Shown here one piece after another: positions 1-9,030 of a stretch of 64,000 bases of DNA (positions within the stretch are counted from its first letter, which is position 1; each line of letters starts with the position of its first letter). Made by a program: the position numbers and the translations under genes. This stretch comes from Terriglobia bacterium (GTDB taxonomy: Bacteria; Acidobacteriota; Terriglobia; Bryobacterales; Bryobacteraceae): assembly GCA_963832905.1 (NCBI GenBank), contig CAWHVO010000002.1, forward strand, positions 506,547 to 570,546, in the 5' to 3' direction. The notes beneath the pieces were generated by a model that saw only the letters and a program-made list of their open reading frames with translations, had not been told where the DNA came from and did no database searches.

Positions 1-329
1 TAGATCTGCAGCACAGTGCCGGTCGTCGATTCCCGCGCGAAAGCGACAATCTTTCTTTCGACAATCTGCAGACACAGGATGAGTTCATGCAGGGGGACGG
101 ACTCATCGAAGCGGGCGCGGCCCAGCGGTTCCAACTGGCCCTGAATCTCCGCCTCGCGGGCGGCAAGCCAGTGGCCGAAGTTCTCCGTCAGATGCCGTGC
201 ACGGCCGAGAATCTCGTGGTCGCCCAGCACATGCGTCGCCGGCAGCCGATGATCGCCCCGGATCTCTTCGGCGATCTGTGCGGCGTTCGCCTCGATCTTA
301 TGCACGAGTGTAAACGAGAACATCGGCAT
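1..329 (-). CDS. hypothetical protein, N-terminal part only (runs off the window start)
   Basis: Open minus-strand frame from ATG 329-327 (AGGA about 8 nt upstream) to the window edge: MPMFSFTLVHKIEANAAQIAEEIRGDHRLPATHVLGDHEILGRARHLTENFGHW... It is absent from the ORF track because it has no stop in the window. Confidence 0.5.
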   Translation of the reverse strand, partial: MPMFSFTLVHKIEANAAQIAEEIRGDHRLPATHVLGDHEILGRARHLTENFGHWLAAREAEIQGQLEPLGRARFDESVPLHELILCLQIVERKIVAFARESTTGTVLQI

Positions 330-485
330 TTTGGAATCCTGAATCTGGCGGGGGCGCCGGCGCGGGGAGCCGGAGGAAGCTTTCGCCCCCAACGTCAATT
401 CAGGCCCGCAGGCCCGCCACGGGAATACGGTGAGCCATGGAATTAACCGCGAATGCGCCTGTAGTTGCTTCCGGCGGGTGCGGTT

Positions 486-1088
486 CTATCCTGCGTAGCC
501 GTTCTTCGCCGAACGTTTTCCCCCCGCCCGGTGTGCTTCATCCGACAGCGCATGCACGCCGCTCGCATCGATCCAGCGGTTGAAAAAATTGAACAGCGCG
601 CACGCCCCGATGGCGAAGTAGATCGCCTCGTCGTCCCAGCCCACGGCGTACAGCGGCGTCATGTCGTCCGCTGTGATGCGCGGCGAATCGCGGTTCACCT
701 TATCCACAAACCGGAACAGCGCCTTGTGCTTCTCATCCAGCGCGGAGCTTTCGAGATCCCGCAGCACACCCCACACCAGTTCCTCGCTCTCCAGCAGTTC
801 CGCCGCGACCGCGGCGTGCGACTTCAGTCAGAACGGACAGTCGTTTCGGTACGACGTGTACGCCGCAATCAACTCGCGGATGCCCGGGCTGAGCGGCGCC
901 GGTCCGCGCATGATCTCCTGCGTGAATCGCGCCAGATGCTCGGTAGCGTTCGGCAGAAACGCGAACAGGTGCCAGATCTGCGGATACTCGATGCCGCTCT
1001 TCTGCGCCATCGCGATCATGTCCGCATAACGGCCGGGCTTCGGATTGCGCTCCACGCCCGGCAGAAACATCGGCTTCATTTCGTTCAT
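486..1088 (-). CDS. AhpD-like / carboxymuconolactone-decarboxylase-family peroxidase-related protein, predicted selenoprotein (UGA 830-828 read as Sec)
   Basis: The tail of track ORF 828..1940 (MNEMKPMFLPG...AAYTSYRNDCPF) and ORF 486..776 are in the same frame, separated only by TGA: ...NDCPF-TGA-LKSHAAVAAELLESEELVWGVLRDLES... The TGA sits at the second Cys of the family C-x-x-C-x-x-x-H motif (C-P-F-U-L-K-S-H). ATG 1088-1086 lies 2 nt after the MFS stop. A SECIS-like hairpin follows. Confidence 0.75.
801..816 (-). promoter_or_regulatory. candidate bacterial SECIS hairpin (recoding signal)
   Basis: mRNA reads UGA-CUGAAGUCGCA-CGCCGC-GGUC-GCGGCG. A 6-bp GC stem starts 11 nt after the UGA. The apical loop GGUC is the same tetraloop as in the E. 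coli fdhF SECIS, with the loop G and U at +22/+23 from the U of UGA (fdhF: +23/+24). Confidence 0.65.
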
Positions 1089-1090
1089 CG

Positions 1091-2326
1091 TTAAACTCCC
1101 GCTGTCAGAAATTCCTCGCGCGCTGCCCGCACAGGATAGCGCGGCAGCGACGCCAGCACCGCCGCGCCGACGAACATCGCCGCTGCCAGACCCGCCAGCA
1201 CGATCGAATAGGAGTGCAGCCGATCGTATCCCCAGCCCATCAGCAAAGGTCCCAGCGCGCCCGCGAATGCATAGGCGGTGAACGTGTAGCCGTAGATTTC
1301 GGAGAACGCGCGCAGCCCGAAATAGCGCGACACCAGATACGGCATCACATCCGCCTCCGCGCCCATGCCGAGCCCGATCAGCCCCGCGCCCGCAAAGCCC
1401 ATGGTCACTGTGCGCGCCTGGCTCAACACAGCCACGCCGACGCCCGCGATCGCGAAAAAGATTCCCGTGACGCGCGATCCCGCGAATCGGTCCAGCAGCG
1501 CGCCTGTCAACAATCGTCCACCAAGCGTCAGCACGCCCATCATGCTCGCCGCCAGCGCCGCCGTTTCGCTGCCGATGCCGCGGTCGGTCAGCACCGGGAT
1601 CAGATGCGCCACCGATCCGTTCACGCTCACCGAAAACAGAAAGAATCCCGTCAGCAGCATCCAGAACACCGGCGTGCGCGCGGCTTCCATTCCGCGCATG
1701 CCTGCCTCGACCGGCGTCGCCTCCTGCGATCGCTGCACCGCATCCGGCGGCGTCTCTCGCAACCACAGCCCCGCGGGAATCAGTCCGAGGACGAAGACAC
1801 TCAGGCCGAGCACCAGATACGCCTCGCGCCATCCGTAGATTTCGATCAGCCGCGTCGCCAGCGGCGGAATGCCGATCGCGCCTGCGCCAACCCCCGCCAT
1901 CATGGTTGCCAGCGCAATACCGCGCCGCTTGTCGAACCACACCGAGATCACGCGCGCATAGCAGAGCTGCGTGGTTCCGTTGCCCACCACGCCGAGCAGC
2001 GCGTAGATCGCATAGAACTGCGCGAGCGACTTGACCGCCCCCAGCCCGCAGAACGCCGCGCCATAAATCGCCACACAGGGCAGCAGAACTTTGCGCGCGC
2101 CGATGCGATCCACGATGCGCCCGATTGCGGGCGAAAAAACCGCGACCATCAGCGCGGTCAGCGTGAATGCCAGCGAAATCTGCGTGCGGCTCCAGCCGAA
2201 CTCATCGCCCAGCGGCTTGATGAATACGCTGAACGCGAAGATCACCAGCGAGCCGAAGCTCACTGCAATCCCCATCACGGCTGTCATCACGATGACCCAC
2301 CCGCGCGTCACGCGGTTGGCAAACAT
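1091..2326 (-). CDS. MFS transporter
   Basis: 411 aa from ATG 2326 with about 12 hydrophobic segments and an MFS loop motif, GRIVDRIGARK. The rest of the 890-aa track ORF (to 3763) is antisense shadow of the TonB receptor. Confidence 0.9.
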   Translation of the reverse strand: MFANRVTRGWVIVMTAVMGIAVSFGSLVIFAFSVFIKPLGDEFGWSRTQISLAFTLTALMVAVFSPAIGRIVDRIGARKVLLPCVAIYGAAFCGLGAVKSLAQFYAIYALLGVVGNGTTQLCYARVISVWFDKRRGIALATMMAGVGAGAIGIPPLATRLIEIYGWREAYLVLGLSVFVLGLIPAGLWLRETPPDAVQRSQEATPVEAGMRGMEAARTPVFWMLLTGFFLFSVSVNGSVAHLIPVLTDRGIGSETAALAASMMGVLTLGGRLLTGALLDRFAGSRVTGIFFAIAGVGVAVLSQARTVTMGFAGAGLIGLGMGAEADVMPYLVSRYFGLRAFSEIYGYTFTAYAFAGALGPLLMGWGYDRLHSYSIVLAGLAAAMFVGAAVLASLPRYPVRAAREEFLTAGV

Positions 2327-2455
2327 TCTTCTATCCTGCCCGTGCGCCGCGAATCGCCGCCATAGTGTTTTTCGATTATTCAAAAGAAAACGTAATGCGT
2401 TCGCGCTATTGTCAACGGCCGCGCCGCACAAATAACATCTCTGAACAGTCTCGTT

Positions 2456-5400
2456 ATGCTCAGGAAGCCTCTCGTCACTTTTCTGTTTATTTTTGCTTGC
2501 ATCCCTGCCTTTGCGCAGGATCCCATCGGAACCATCGAAGGAACCGTCACTGATCCTTCGTCTGCCGTTGTTCCCGGTGCCAAGGCGAACGTCAGAGACG
2601 CGCAGACCGGCCTCACACGCCAGGCTGTTAGTGCAGGTGACGGCATATTTCACATCTCGAATCTTCCCGTCGGCATCTATAACCTTTCCGTCAATGCGAA
2701 GGGTTTCGCACCGTTCGCAGTAACGGGCATTCGCGTTGACATCGGACAGGTAGTGAAATACCCGGTGCGGCTGGCGGTCGGAGGTGACCAAATCACAATA
2801 AACGTGCAGGACACGTTGCTCGACACCAGCCAGGCGATCGGCAGCACGATTCACGCCGCCGAAGCTAACGACCTTCCGCTCAACGGCCGCGACATCACGC
2901 AGCTTGGCCTTCTGCAACCAGGTGTCGCTCCCATGACACCGGGCCTCTCCACGGCCGGCGGCATCGCGCGCGCCGGTCAGGCCTTCGCCGTGAACGGCAC
3001 CACTCCCGAGCAGAACAACTATCTGCTTGATGGCGCCACTAATATCGACAGCGTCAATGGCGGCTACGCCATCCGCGTTCCGGTCGACGCCGTCGCCGAG
3101 TTCCGCATCCTCAGTCTCAATGCACCCGCCGAATACGGTCAAACCGCCGGTGCCACCACATCGGTGGTCACGAAATCCGGCTCCAACTCCATTCATGGCG
3201 ATGTCTACGATTTCTTCCGCAACAACTATCTCGACGCGCGGAACTTCTTCGCGCCGACCGCCGATCCGCTGCATCGCAACCAGTACGGCGCCACGCTCGG
3301 CGGGCCCCTCCGCAAAGACAAGGACTTCTTCTTCGTCTATTACGAAGGCCAGCGCGATGCCGCCGGCGTCACCCAGGGCGCCATCGTTCCCACGGCCGCG
3401 GAACATACCGGCAACTACGCCGGCCAGGCGCCGCTCATCAACGAATTCTCCGGGCAGCAGTTTCCCGGCAACATGATTCCGCCGTCGCTGATCAGCCCCG
3501 TTTCTGCCGCCGCCGCTAACCTTTATCCGCTGCCCAACGCGCCCAACCAGGTTTTCGAGACCACCCGGATCGGCATCAACAACTACGATCAGGGCGGCTT
3601 CCGGCTCGATCACTACTTCGGCGAAAAGGATCAGCTTTTCCTGCGCTACTCCGGATCGGGCACCCACGCCTTCGATCCGCTGCCCATCGCGGGCGCGGGC
3701 GTGCCCGGATTTCCTGTAACCGACGACCTCACAACCAACTCCTTCACCATCTCCAACGTTCACCTCACTTCGCCGCAGATCGTGCAGACGTTCCGCGCGT
3801 CATTTTTTCGGAACGTTTTCTTAAATGGCCAGGCGGTGAATCACACGCCGGGCAGCAGCCTCGGATTCGACTATCAGCCCACTCTCGGGCTCAACGAAGG
3901 CGTGCCCTATCTGATCGTCTCGGGCTATGCGTCGCTGGGCAATCCCATCGTCGGCCCGCAGGACACTTATCAGAACGACTTTCAGGGAGGGTACTCGATC
4001 GCCATGACGCGCGGCCGCCACAGCCTGAAATTCGGCGCCGAGCTCGACCGCCAGCAGATTAATGTAGACTTCGGCATTGCCACCAACGGCTTCTTTGTAT
4101 TCGCGCCGTTTCCCGCCAGCGATTCCTTTGCGAGCTTTCTGCTTGGCCAGTCCGTGCAATTTTTCCAGGGCGGCGGCCAGTTCGACCGCGGCCTGCGCAA
4201 GTGGATCGTCGGCAGCTACGCGCAGGATGAATGGCGCGTCACGCCGCACTTCACGCTCAATCTCGGGCTGCGCTGGGACGTCAACACGCCCTACACCGAA
4301 ATCCGCAACCGCCTGAACGTCTTTGAGCCGGGGCGCCAGTCGATCGTGTTTCCGGATGCGCCGGAAGGCCTTCTGTTCCCCGGCGATCCCGGTGTGCCCG
4401 CCGGTATCGCGCCGGTTAACTACAAGGAGTTCATGCCGCGCGTCGGCCTCGCATGGGATCCGTTCGGCAACGCGCAGACCATGATCCGCGCCGGCTACGG
4501 CATCTTCTATGACGGCTTCACCAACGGCACCGGAGGGCCTATTCAGGCCGCTATCAGCGCCTTGCCATATACGCAGGCCTATCAGCTTGCCGGACCCGGA
4601 TTCAACATCGCGAACCCGTACGGCAACGGCCCCCTGCCTTTCGGAGTGAACAATTTCGTCCAGCCCGCGACCGTGCTCACGGTTGCGACCGGCATGCGTC
4701 CGCCGTATTCGCAGAACTGGAATTTCACCATCGAGCGAGTGATCGCGAAGGACTACAAACTCGACATCAGCTACGTCGGCAACAAAGGCACGCACCTGCC
4801 GCGCTTCGTCGAAGCCAATCCGACTGTCTTCGCCAACAACAACCAGCGCGAATACTCGACCTGCAACGCGGCGGGGCTTTGCAACTACGGCTCCGTCGGT
4901 CTTCTCACGGACATCGCCAACTCAACCTACAACGCGCTGCAGGTCGAATTCTCCCGGCAGTTTTCGCACGGCCTGCGCTTTACCGCTTCGTACTGGTATT
5001 CGAAGAGCCTCGACGACATCTCGACCCTCAACGTCGCCGGCTCCGCGCCTACGCTGGTTGCCGGTGAAAACGATCTCGGGCAGAATCCATTCGATCTCGC
5101 CGCCGAGCATGGCCCGTCTCTCTTCGACGCCACCCATCGTTTTGTGTTCAGCGGGACATATGCGCTGCCGCAGTGGAAAGGCGCTTCGAAAGCCGCGGCG
5201 CTGTTAGTCAACGGCTGGCAGGCCAACGTCATCTCGACGCTTTCCACCGGCACGCCTTTCACGGTCTACGACAGCGCCGACGTGTCGCAGCAGGGAAGCG
5301 CGCCCGAGATCACCGGCTTCTATTCGAGCAAGCCGGACCTCATCTCGAACCCGAACCAGAACCAGCCGCACAACGCGAGCCAATGGATCACGCGCGCGCC

Positions 5401-5680
5401 GTTCCAGCAGCTCAACCCGGTGACGCAGGCCGGCCAGTTCGGCAACGAAGGACGCAACGCGGTGCGCGGACCCGGCATCGAAGACGTTGACCTGTCGATG
5501 TTCAAGATATTCAGCATCACAGAACGGACGCGCCTGCAGTTCCGCGCCGAGATTTTCAATCTCTTCAACCACGCGAACCTGGGCCTGCCGGAGAACGACC
5601 TCCAGTCGCCCGCCTTCGGACAGATACTGACAGCGGGTCCGGCGCGCCAACTGCAGCTGGCGATGAAGCTGATGTTCTGA
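2456..5680 (+). CDS. TonB-dependent receptor with N-terminal carboxypeptidase-regulatory-like domain
   Basis: 1074 aa. Signal peptide ends ...IPAFAQ. The N-terminus GTIEGTVTDPSSAVVPGAKANV...GIYNLSV is CarboxypepD_reg-like. There is a plug region (LNGRDITQL) and a long beta-barrel ending in the terminal aromatic ...LAMKLMF. Confidence 0.93.
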   Translation: MLRKPLVTFLFIFACIPAFAQDPIGTIEGTVTDPSSAVVPGAKANVRDAQTGLTRQAVSAGDGIFHISNLPVGIYNLSVNAKGFAPFAVTGIRVDIGQVVKYPVRLAVGGDQITINVQDTLLDTSQAIGSTIHAAEANDLPLNGRDITQLGLLQPGVAPMTPGLSTAGGIARAGQAFAVNGTTPEQNNYLLDGATNIDSVNGGYAIRVPVDAVAEFRILSLNAPAEYGQTAGATTSVVTKSGSNSIHGDVYDFFRNNYLDARNFFAPTADPLHRNQYGATLGGPLRKDKDFFFVYYEGQRDAAGVTQGAIVPTAAEHTGNYAGQAPLINEFSGQQFPGNMIPPSLISPVSAAAANLYPLPNAPNQVFETTRIGINNYDQGGFRLDHYFGEKDQLFLRYSGSGTHAFDPLPIAGAGVPGFPVTDDLTTNSFTISNVHLTSPQIVQTFRASFFRNVFLNGQAVNHTPGSSLGFDYQPTLGLNEGVPYLIVSGYASLGNPIVGPQDTYQNDFQGGYSIAMTRGRHSLKFGAELDRQQINVDFGIATNGFFVFAPFPASDSFASFLLGQSVQFFQGGGQFDRGLRKWIVGSYAQDEWRVTPHFTLNLGLRWDVNTPYTEIRNRLNVFEPGRQSIVFPDAPEGLLFPGDPGVPAGIAPVNYKEFMPRVGLAWDPFGNAQTMIRAGYGIFYDGFTNGTGGPIQAAISALPYTQAYQLAGPGFNIANPYGNGPLPFGVNNFVQPATVLTVATGMRPPYSQNWNFTIERVIAKDYKLDISYVGNKGTHLPRFVEANPTVFANNNQREYSTCNAAGLCNYGSVGLLTDIANSTYNALQVEFSRQFSHGLRFTASYWYSKSLDDISTLNVAGSAPTLVAGENDLGQNPFDLAAEHGPSLFDATHRFVFSGTYALPQWKGASKAAALLVNGWQANVISTLSTGTPFTVYDSADVSQQGSAPEITGFYSSKPDLISNPNQNQPHNASQWITRAPFQQLNPVTQAGQFGNEGRNAVRGPGIEDVDLSMFKIFSITERTRLQFRAEIFNLFNHANLGLPENDLQSPAFGQILTAGPARQLQLAMKLMF

Positions 5681-5691
5681 TACATGGGGAG

Positions 5692-6436
5692 TCACCGGGG
5701 GTTGATTGCTGTGTGCGGCGATGCGGCTGCAATCGCGGCGTGGTCGGCGGCGAGGATGGCGGCCAACGCGCCTTCGTCGATTCCCTCGTCTGAAAAAACG
5801 AAGCCATTTGCAGGGTTAATCGCTGTCGATCCAGGCGGTTGGATCACCGCGCTCGGGGCTTTCGCTTTCTCGGGAGCGGGTTGGACGGGAGTAGTCTTCT
5901 GCGCCTTCTCGGCCTTTTCGGCTTCGGCGCGGCGGGCGGCCTGAAGTTCGCGCAGCTGCTTCAGATCAGACTGGGCTTTGCGGTGGAGACGCATCTCGTA
6001 AGTCGTCAGAAGATGGAAGCGCTTCGGGTCGCTGGTGAAGGAGCGCACCTGGGCGCGGGCGCGGGAGACGTCTATTGTAGTCGGATTCCTGGCCAAGCTG
6101 GGCGGCCATTTTGACGACCTGGTTCTCTTCGGCCCAGGCTTCATGAGCGAAGATGTTCTCTTCGATGGCCACGGCGCGATTGATGCGCCAATGGGTGTCG
6201 GCGACGGAGCGGGCAAGTTGCGCTTCCATGGCGCCAGCGGGGCGAAGGTCGTCAACCATGGAGGTGATGAAGCGCTCGCGGGCCTCGGCCTGTTCTTCGG
6301 TCATGATAAGGGTCTGGCCGGTGAGGCCGTGCTTGTACGCGTTGAGGCTGGAGGCGCTGCGGCCGGCCGCCGTGCGCGGTCCGGTGGACTTCCGGGCGTT
6401 AAGACGATTCGCTTCGATCTGTTTGGCTGTGGCCAT
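5692..6436 (-). pseudogene. conserved hypothetical protein, apparently frameshifted
   Basis: ATG 6436 with AGGAG 8 nt upstream. MATAKQIEANRLNARKSTGPRTAAGRSASSLNAYKHGLTG... reads to about 6095. The protein-like sequence then continues in another frame (...NPTTIDVSRARAQVRSFTSDPKRFHLLTTYEMRLHRKAQSDLKQLRELQ...) to the stop at 5692. Confidence 0.55.
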
Positions 6437-6723
6437 GGTTGGGATCTCCTTTTCGAGACCAGCAATAGCATGGCGGGGCGGAAAACAGGGGTGGGTGAGT
6501 GAGTGCGGGAGCCTCGGGTTCCGACGTACCGCTATGAATGTGCGAGGGTTGTGGCACAGGGAGAATATTTTCAAATTTTGTGAATGTAAATGATCCCTCC
6601 GGCTTTGCGGCGGAAAAAAGTCGCGGGCGCGATGTGGGCCGAGGGCGCAAACTGCAGGGAATGCCGAACAGCATGCCACACTCACCGTGGTTTCCGCTTG
6701 AATAGCTGGCAAACGGTGGGGCG

Positions 6724-6784
6724 TCCTCAGCCGGTTCCGGCTATTAACCGAAGGTTGTAGGTTCGAATCCTACCTGAGGAGCCA
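6724..6784 (+). other. tRNA-like remnant: 7-bp acceptor, canonical T-arm, discriminator G and CCA, but no D-arm (61 nt)
   Basis: tcctcag...gtagg-ttcgaat-cctac-ctgagga-g-cca. The T-loop TTCGAAT and the 7-bp acceptor pairing are perfect. Only 26 nt lie between the acceptor and the T-stem, so no full cloverleaf folds by eye. Confidence 0.4.
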
Positions 6785-8335
6785 AATTTCAATATCGGTC
6801 ATAGATCCGCCTTTCTCCTTTTCTTTTCTAAGACTTTCAGAGTTCGAATGCCGCAATACGTCGAACGGTTCGAACAGGGTTGCCCGCAACTCACCGCCCT
6901 TCCAGGCGGCGTCCTTAATCAGAGTCTGGAGCAACCGGCGCTGCTCCAGGGCAGGCTGTCGCATGAATAGCTGGCAAGCCCGGCTCGTCAGCCGCAACAT
7001 GTTCACGGCCTGATCGATGGGCGCGGGGGCTGCCCGCTGAATATCCTGGATTTTCCGCTGGATGCCTTCCTGCTCGCGTTTCCATTGAGTGGCATACTCA
7101 TCGTATTCCTGCACGCCGATGCGGCCATCCAGCTTGTCCATGTACATGGTTTCGATTCGCTTTTTGATCTGGTCAGACTGGGCGCGTAGCCGCTCGACAG
7201 TCTTCTCGCGGGCAGCCTGCTCCGTCCTGTCTGACTCAAGTACGGCATCCCCGAGCCATTCGAGAACAGGTTCGGGAATTACGAGATCCCGCAGGATGCC
7301 GGCGAACTCGCCCGTCAACACATCTTGCGGTGTATAGGGCTCTGGACACTTTCCGCGGTTCTTAGTGCAGTGGTAGTAAACGTAACGCCCCTTCTTGATC
7401 TCGCCGACCATCAGGCAGCCGCAATGGCCGCAACGCACCAGTCCTGTGAAAGCGAAGTCGTGCTTCACCTTTCGCGTCTTATTGTCGGCCCGAGCATCCA
7501 GCAGTTGCTGCACGCGATTCCAGCATTCACGGGTGACCAGCGGCGCGTGGACGCCCTGGTACGTCGTCCCAGCGAAGTCGAAGTCGCCCATGTATATTCC
7601 CTTGCGCAGGATCTGGTGTACCAGGCTGCTGTTCAGCGCCCGGCCGCGGGGTTTTACGCCTTCGTTCTGAAAGGCGGCGGCGAGCCTCTTGACGGAGTAT
7701 TCGCCCGTCGAAAAGCGCGCGAACATCTCCGCGATGGTGGGCGCGGTGTTGGGATCAGAAACGATGATCCGCTTGCCATTGGGACCATCGACGTTAAGGT
7801 AACCGATCGGGGCGTAACTGGGATAAATACCAGCTCGCGCTTTTTCAGTCATGCCTTTGATCGTTTCTTCGCCAAGATTCTGACTGTAGTTCCGCGCCAC
7901 CAGGACTTTGATGCCGTGAACGAACTGCTCTGAGGACTTCGAGTCCGGGCCGATAATCTGGTTTTCCTTGACCAGATGGATCGTGACGCCGAGCTCGTCA
8001 AGGGTTGCATAGTCGGGAAGGTTCCTGTACAGACGGTCCGTCTTCTCCACAAGAACGACTGGACAGTTGGTCCGATGCTTTCTGAGATAGGCCAGCATCT
8101 CACCGAATTTGGTTCGGCCGCCCGCCCTGGCGGTTTCAACATCGGTGAACTCCTCCGCGATCTTGAGGTCCTGCCGATCGGCGTACTCGCGGAGAAGGCG
8201 AAGTTGCGCATCGAGGGAGAATCCCTCCTCCTCTTGTTCTTTGCTGGACACTCGCGCGTACAGGACAGCCCGAGTCGGCTGATGCGGTGTTGTGGCTCGC
8301 GCTGGTCGTTTCATGGTTAAGGTTCTGGCTGGCAT
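6770..8335 (-). CDS. large serine recombinase (resolvase domain, recombinase domain and zinc ribbon)
   Basis: 521 aa. AVLYARVSSKEQ catalytic-Ser motif. VRCGHCGCLMVG...YYHC zinc ribbon. Coiled-coil C-terminus. An alternative start is at 8314. Confidence 0.92.
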   Translation of the reverse strand: MPARTLTMKRPARATTPHQPTRAVLYARVSSKEQEEEGFSLDAQLRLLREYADRQDLKIAEEFTDVETARAGGRTKFGEMLAYLRKHRTNCPVVLVEKTDRLYRNLPDYATLDELGVTIHLVKENQIIGPDSKSSEQFVHGIKVLVARNYSQNLGEETIKGMTEKARAGIYPSYAPIGYLNVDGPNGKRIIVSDPNTAPTIAEMFARFSTGEYSVKRLAAAFQNEGVKPRGRALNSSLVHQILRKGIYMGDFDFAGTTYQGVHAPLVTRECWNRVQQLLDARADNKTRKVKHDFAFTGLVRCGHCGCLMVGEIKKGRYVYYHCTKNRGKCPEPYTPQDVLTGEFAGILRDLVIPEPVLEWLGDAVLESDRTEQAAREKTVERLRAQSDQIKKRIETMYMDKLDGRIGVQEYDEYATQWKREQEGIQRKIQDIQRAAPAPIDQAVNMLRLTSRACQLFMRQPALEQRRLLQTLIKDAAWKGGELRATLFEPFDVLRHSNSESLRKEKEKGGSMTDIEIWLLR

Positions 8336-8550
8336 AGCACCTCAACATTACCTCTCCGAGACGCGATGGCCTGTCGGTCCCAGCCGCACAGGATGCTCGC
8401 GAATTCCAGGAGTCTGGTGCGTGCGGCCGCCCATTCCGCCTCTGTCAGCGGCCGTCCGGCTCGCGCCCCAATCTCCGCGCGTGCGTTCCCCTCTGACGCG
8501 GGCTTCGGTGCATCGCGATGCACTGAGGTGACCTTTGCTCGGGCGGACAT
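8317..8550 (-). CDS. hypothetical small protein
   Basis: 77-aa ORF overlapping the recombinase start, co-directional with it. No recognisable motif. Confidence 0.3.
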   Translation of the reverse strand: MSARAKVTSVHRDAPKPASEGNARAEIGARAGRPLTEAEWAAARTRLLEFASILCGWDRQAIASRRGNVEVLCQPEP

Positions 8551-8685
8551 GATGACCGTGCTGGATTTTGATTGAGTAGCGGCAAGCCGCGTGGCCCGAC
8601 AGCCAAGACTTGGATACCGCTTAATACCGCTTGGGTAGTTTTAATGGGTTAATCGAGAGTAAGCCGGCGTTGGCGAGAGCGACGT

Positions 8686-8943
8686 TTACTGCACGCCGTC
8701 TGGTCCCAAAGACGGGACCGAAAATCCGGGGACGAGGATCGAGAGCGCCGCGCGCAGCCGTTGCACTTCCGCGGCCTGAAGCATACCCATGACCGGGTCC
8801 TCAGCGGCGACGGCCGCCGCGTGCTGCTCAGCCTGTTCTATGGCGATTTGCGCGGCTTGCTGCAGCAACCCTTCATCTTCGATGGTAGCAACCGAAAGCG
8901 GTCGCTGGCCCCGTGCCTGGTACGTGATGGTCAGAGATCCCAT
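8686..8943 (-). CDS. hypothetical protein
   Basis: 85-aa ORF with protein-like composition (MGSLTITYQARGQRPLSVATIEDEGLLQQAAQIAIEQAEQ...). Confidence 0.45.
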   Translation of the reverse strand: MGSLTITYQARGQRPLSVATIEDEGLLQQAAQIAIEQAEQHAAAVAAEDPVMGMLQAAEVQRLRAALSILVPGFSVPSLGPDGVQ

Positions 8944-9030
8944 GAAAAAGCCCTCTATTATAACTGCGCAAGGCTTAGGACAAGTTTTCCCGTAAACAAC
9001 TGATTCAAAAAGAAAAAGAAATTTTCGCCT

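Noticed and set aside
828-2365. Long overlapping ORFs 828..1940(-), 1214..2365(+) and 1365..1838(+)
   Set aside because: They have a low-complexity Arg/Pro/Ala composition and are out of frame or antisense to the MFS gene. Only the last 86 codons of 828..1940 are real; they form the N-terminus of the selenoprotein.
1091-3763. 890-aa minus-strand ORF spanning the MFS gene and part of the TonB receptor region
   Set aside because: Only the last 411 codons (from ATG 2326) look like a protein (MFS). The upstream 479 codons are Arg/Gly/Ala-rich antisense shadow of the well-supported plus-strand receptor gene in GC-rich DNA.
3821-4795. 324-aa minus-strand ORF inside the TonB receptor gene
   Set aside because: It is an antisense shadow with an Arg/Ala/Gly-rich composition and no motifs.
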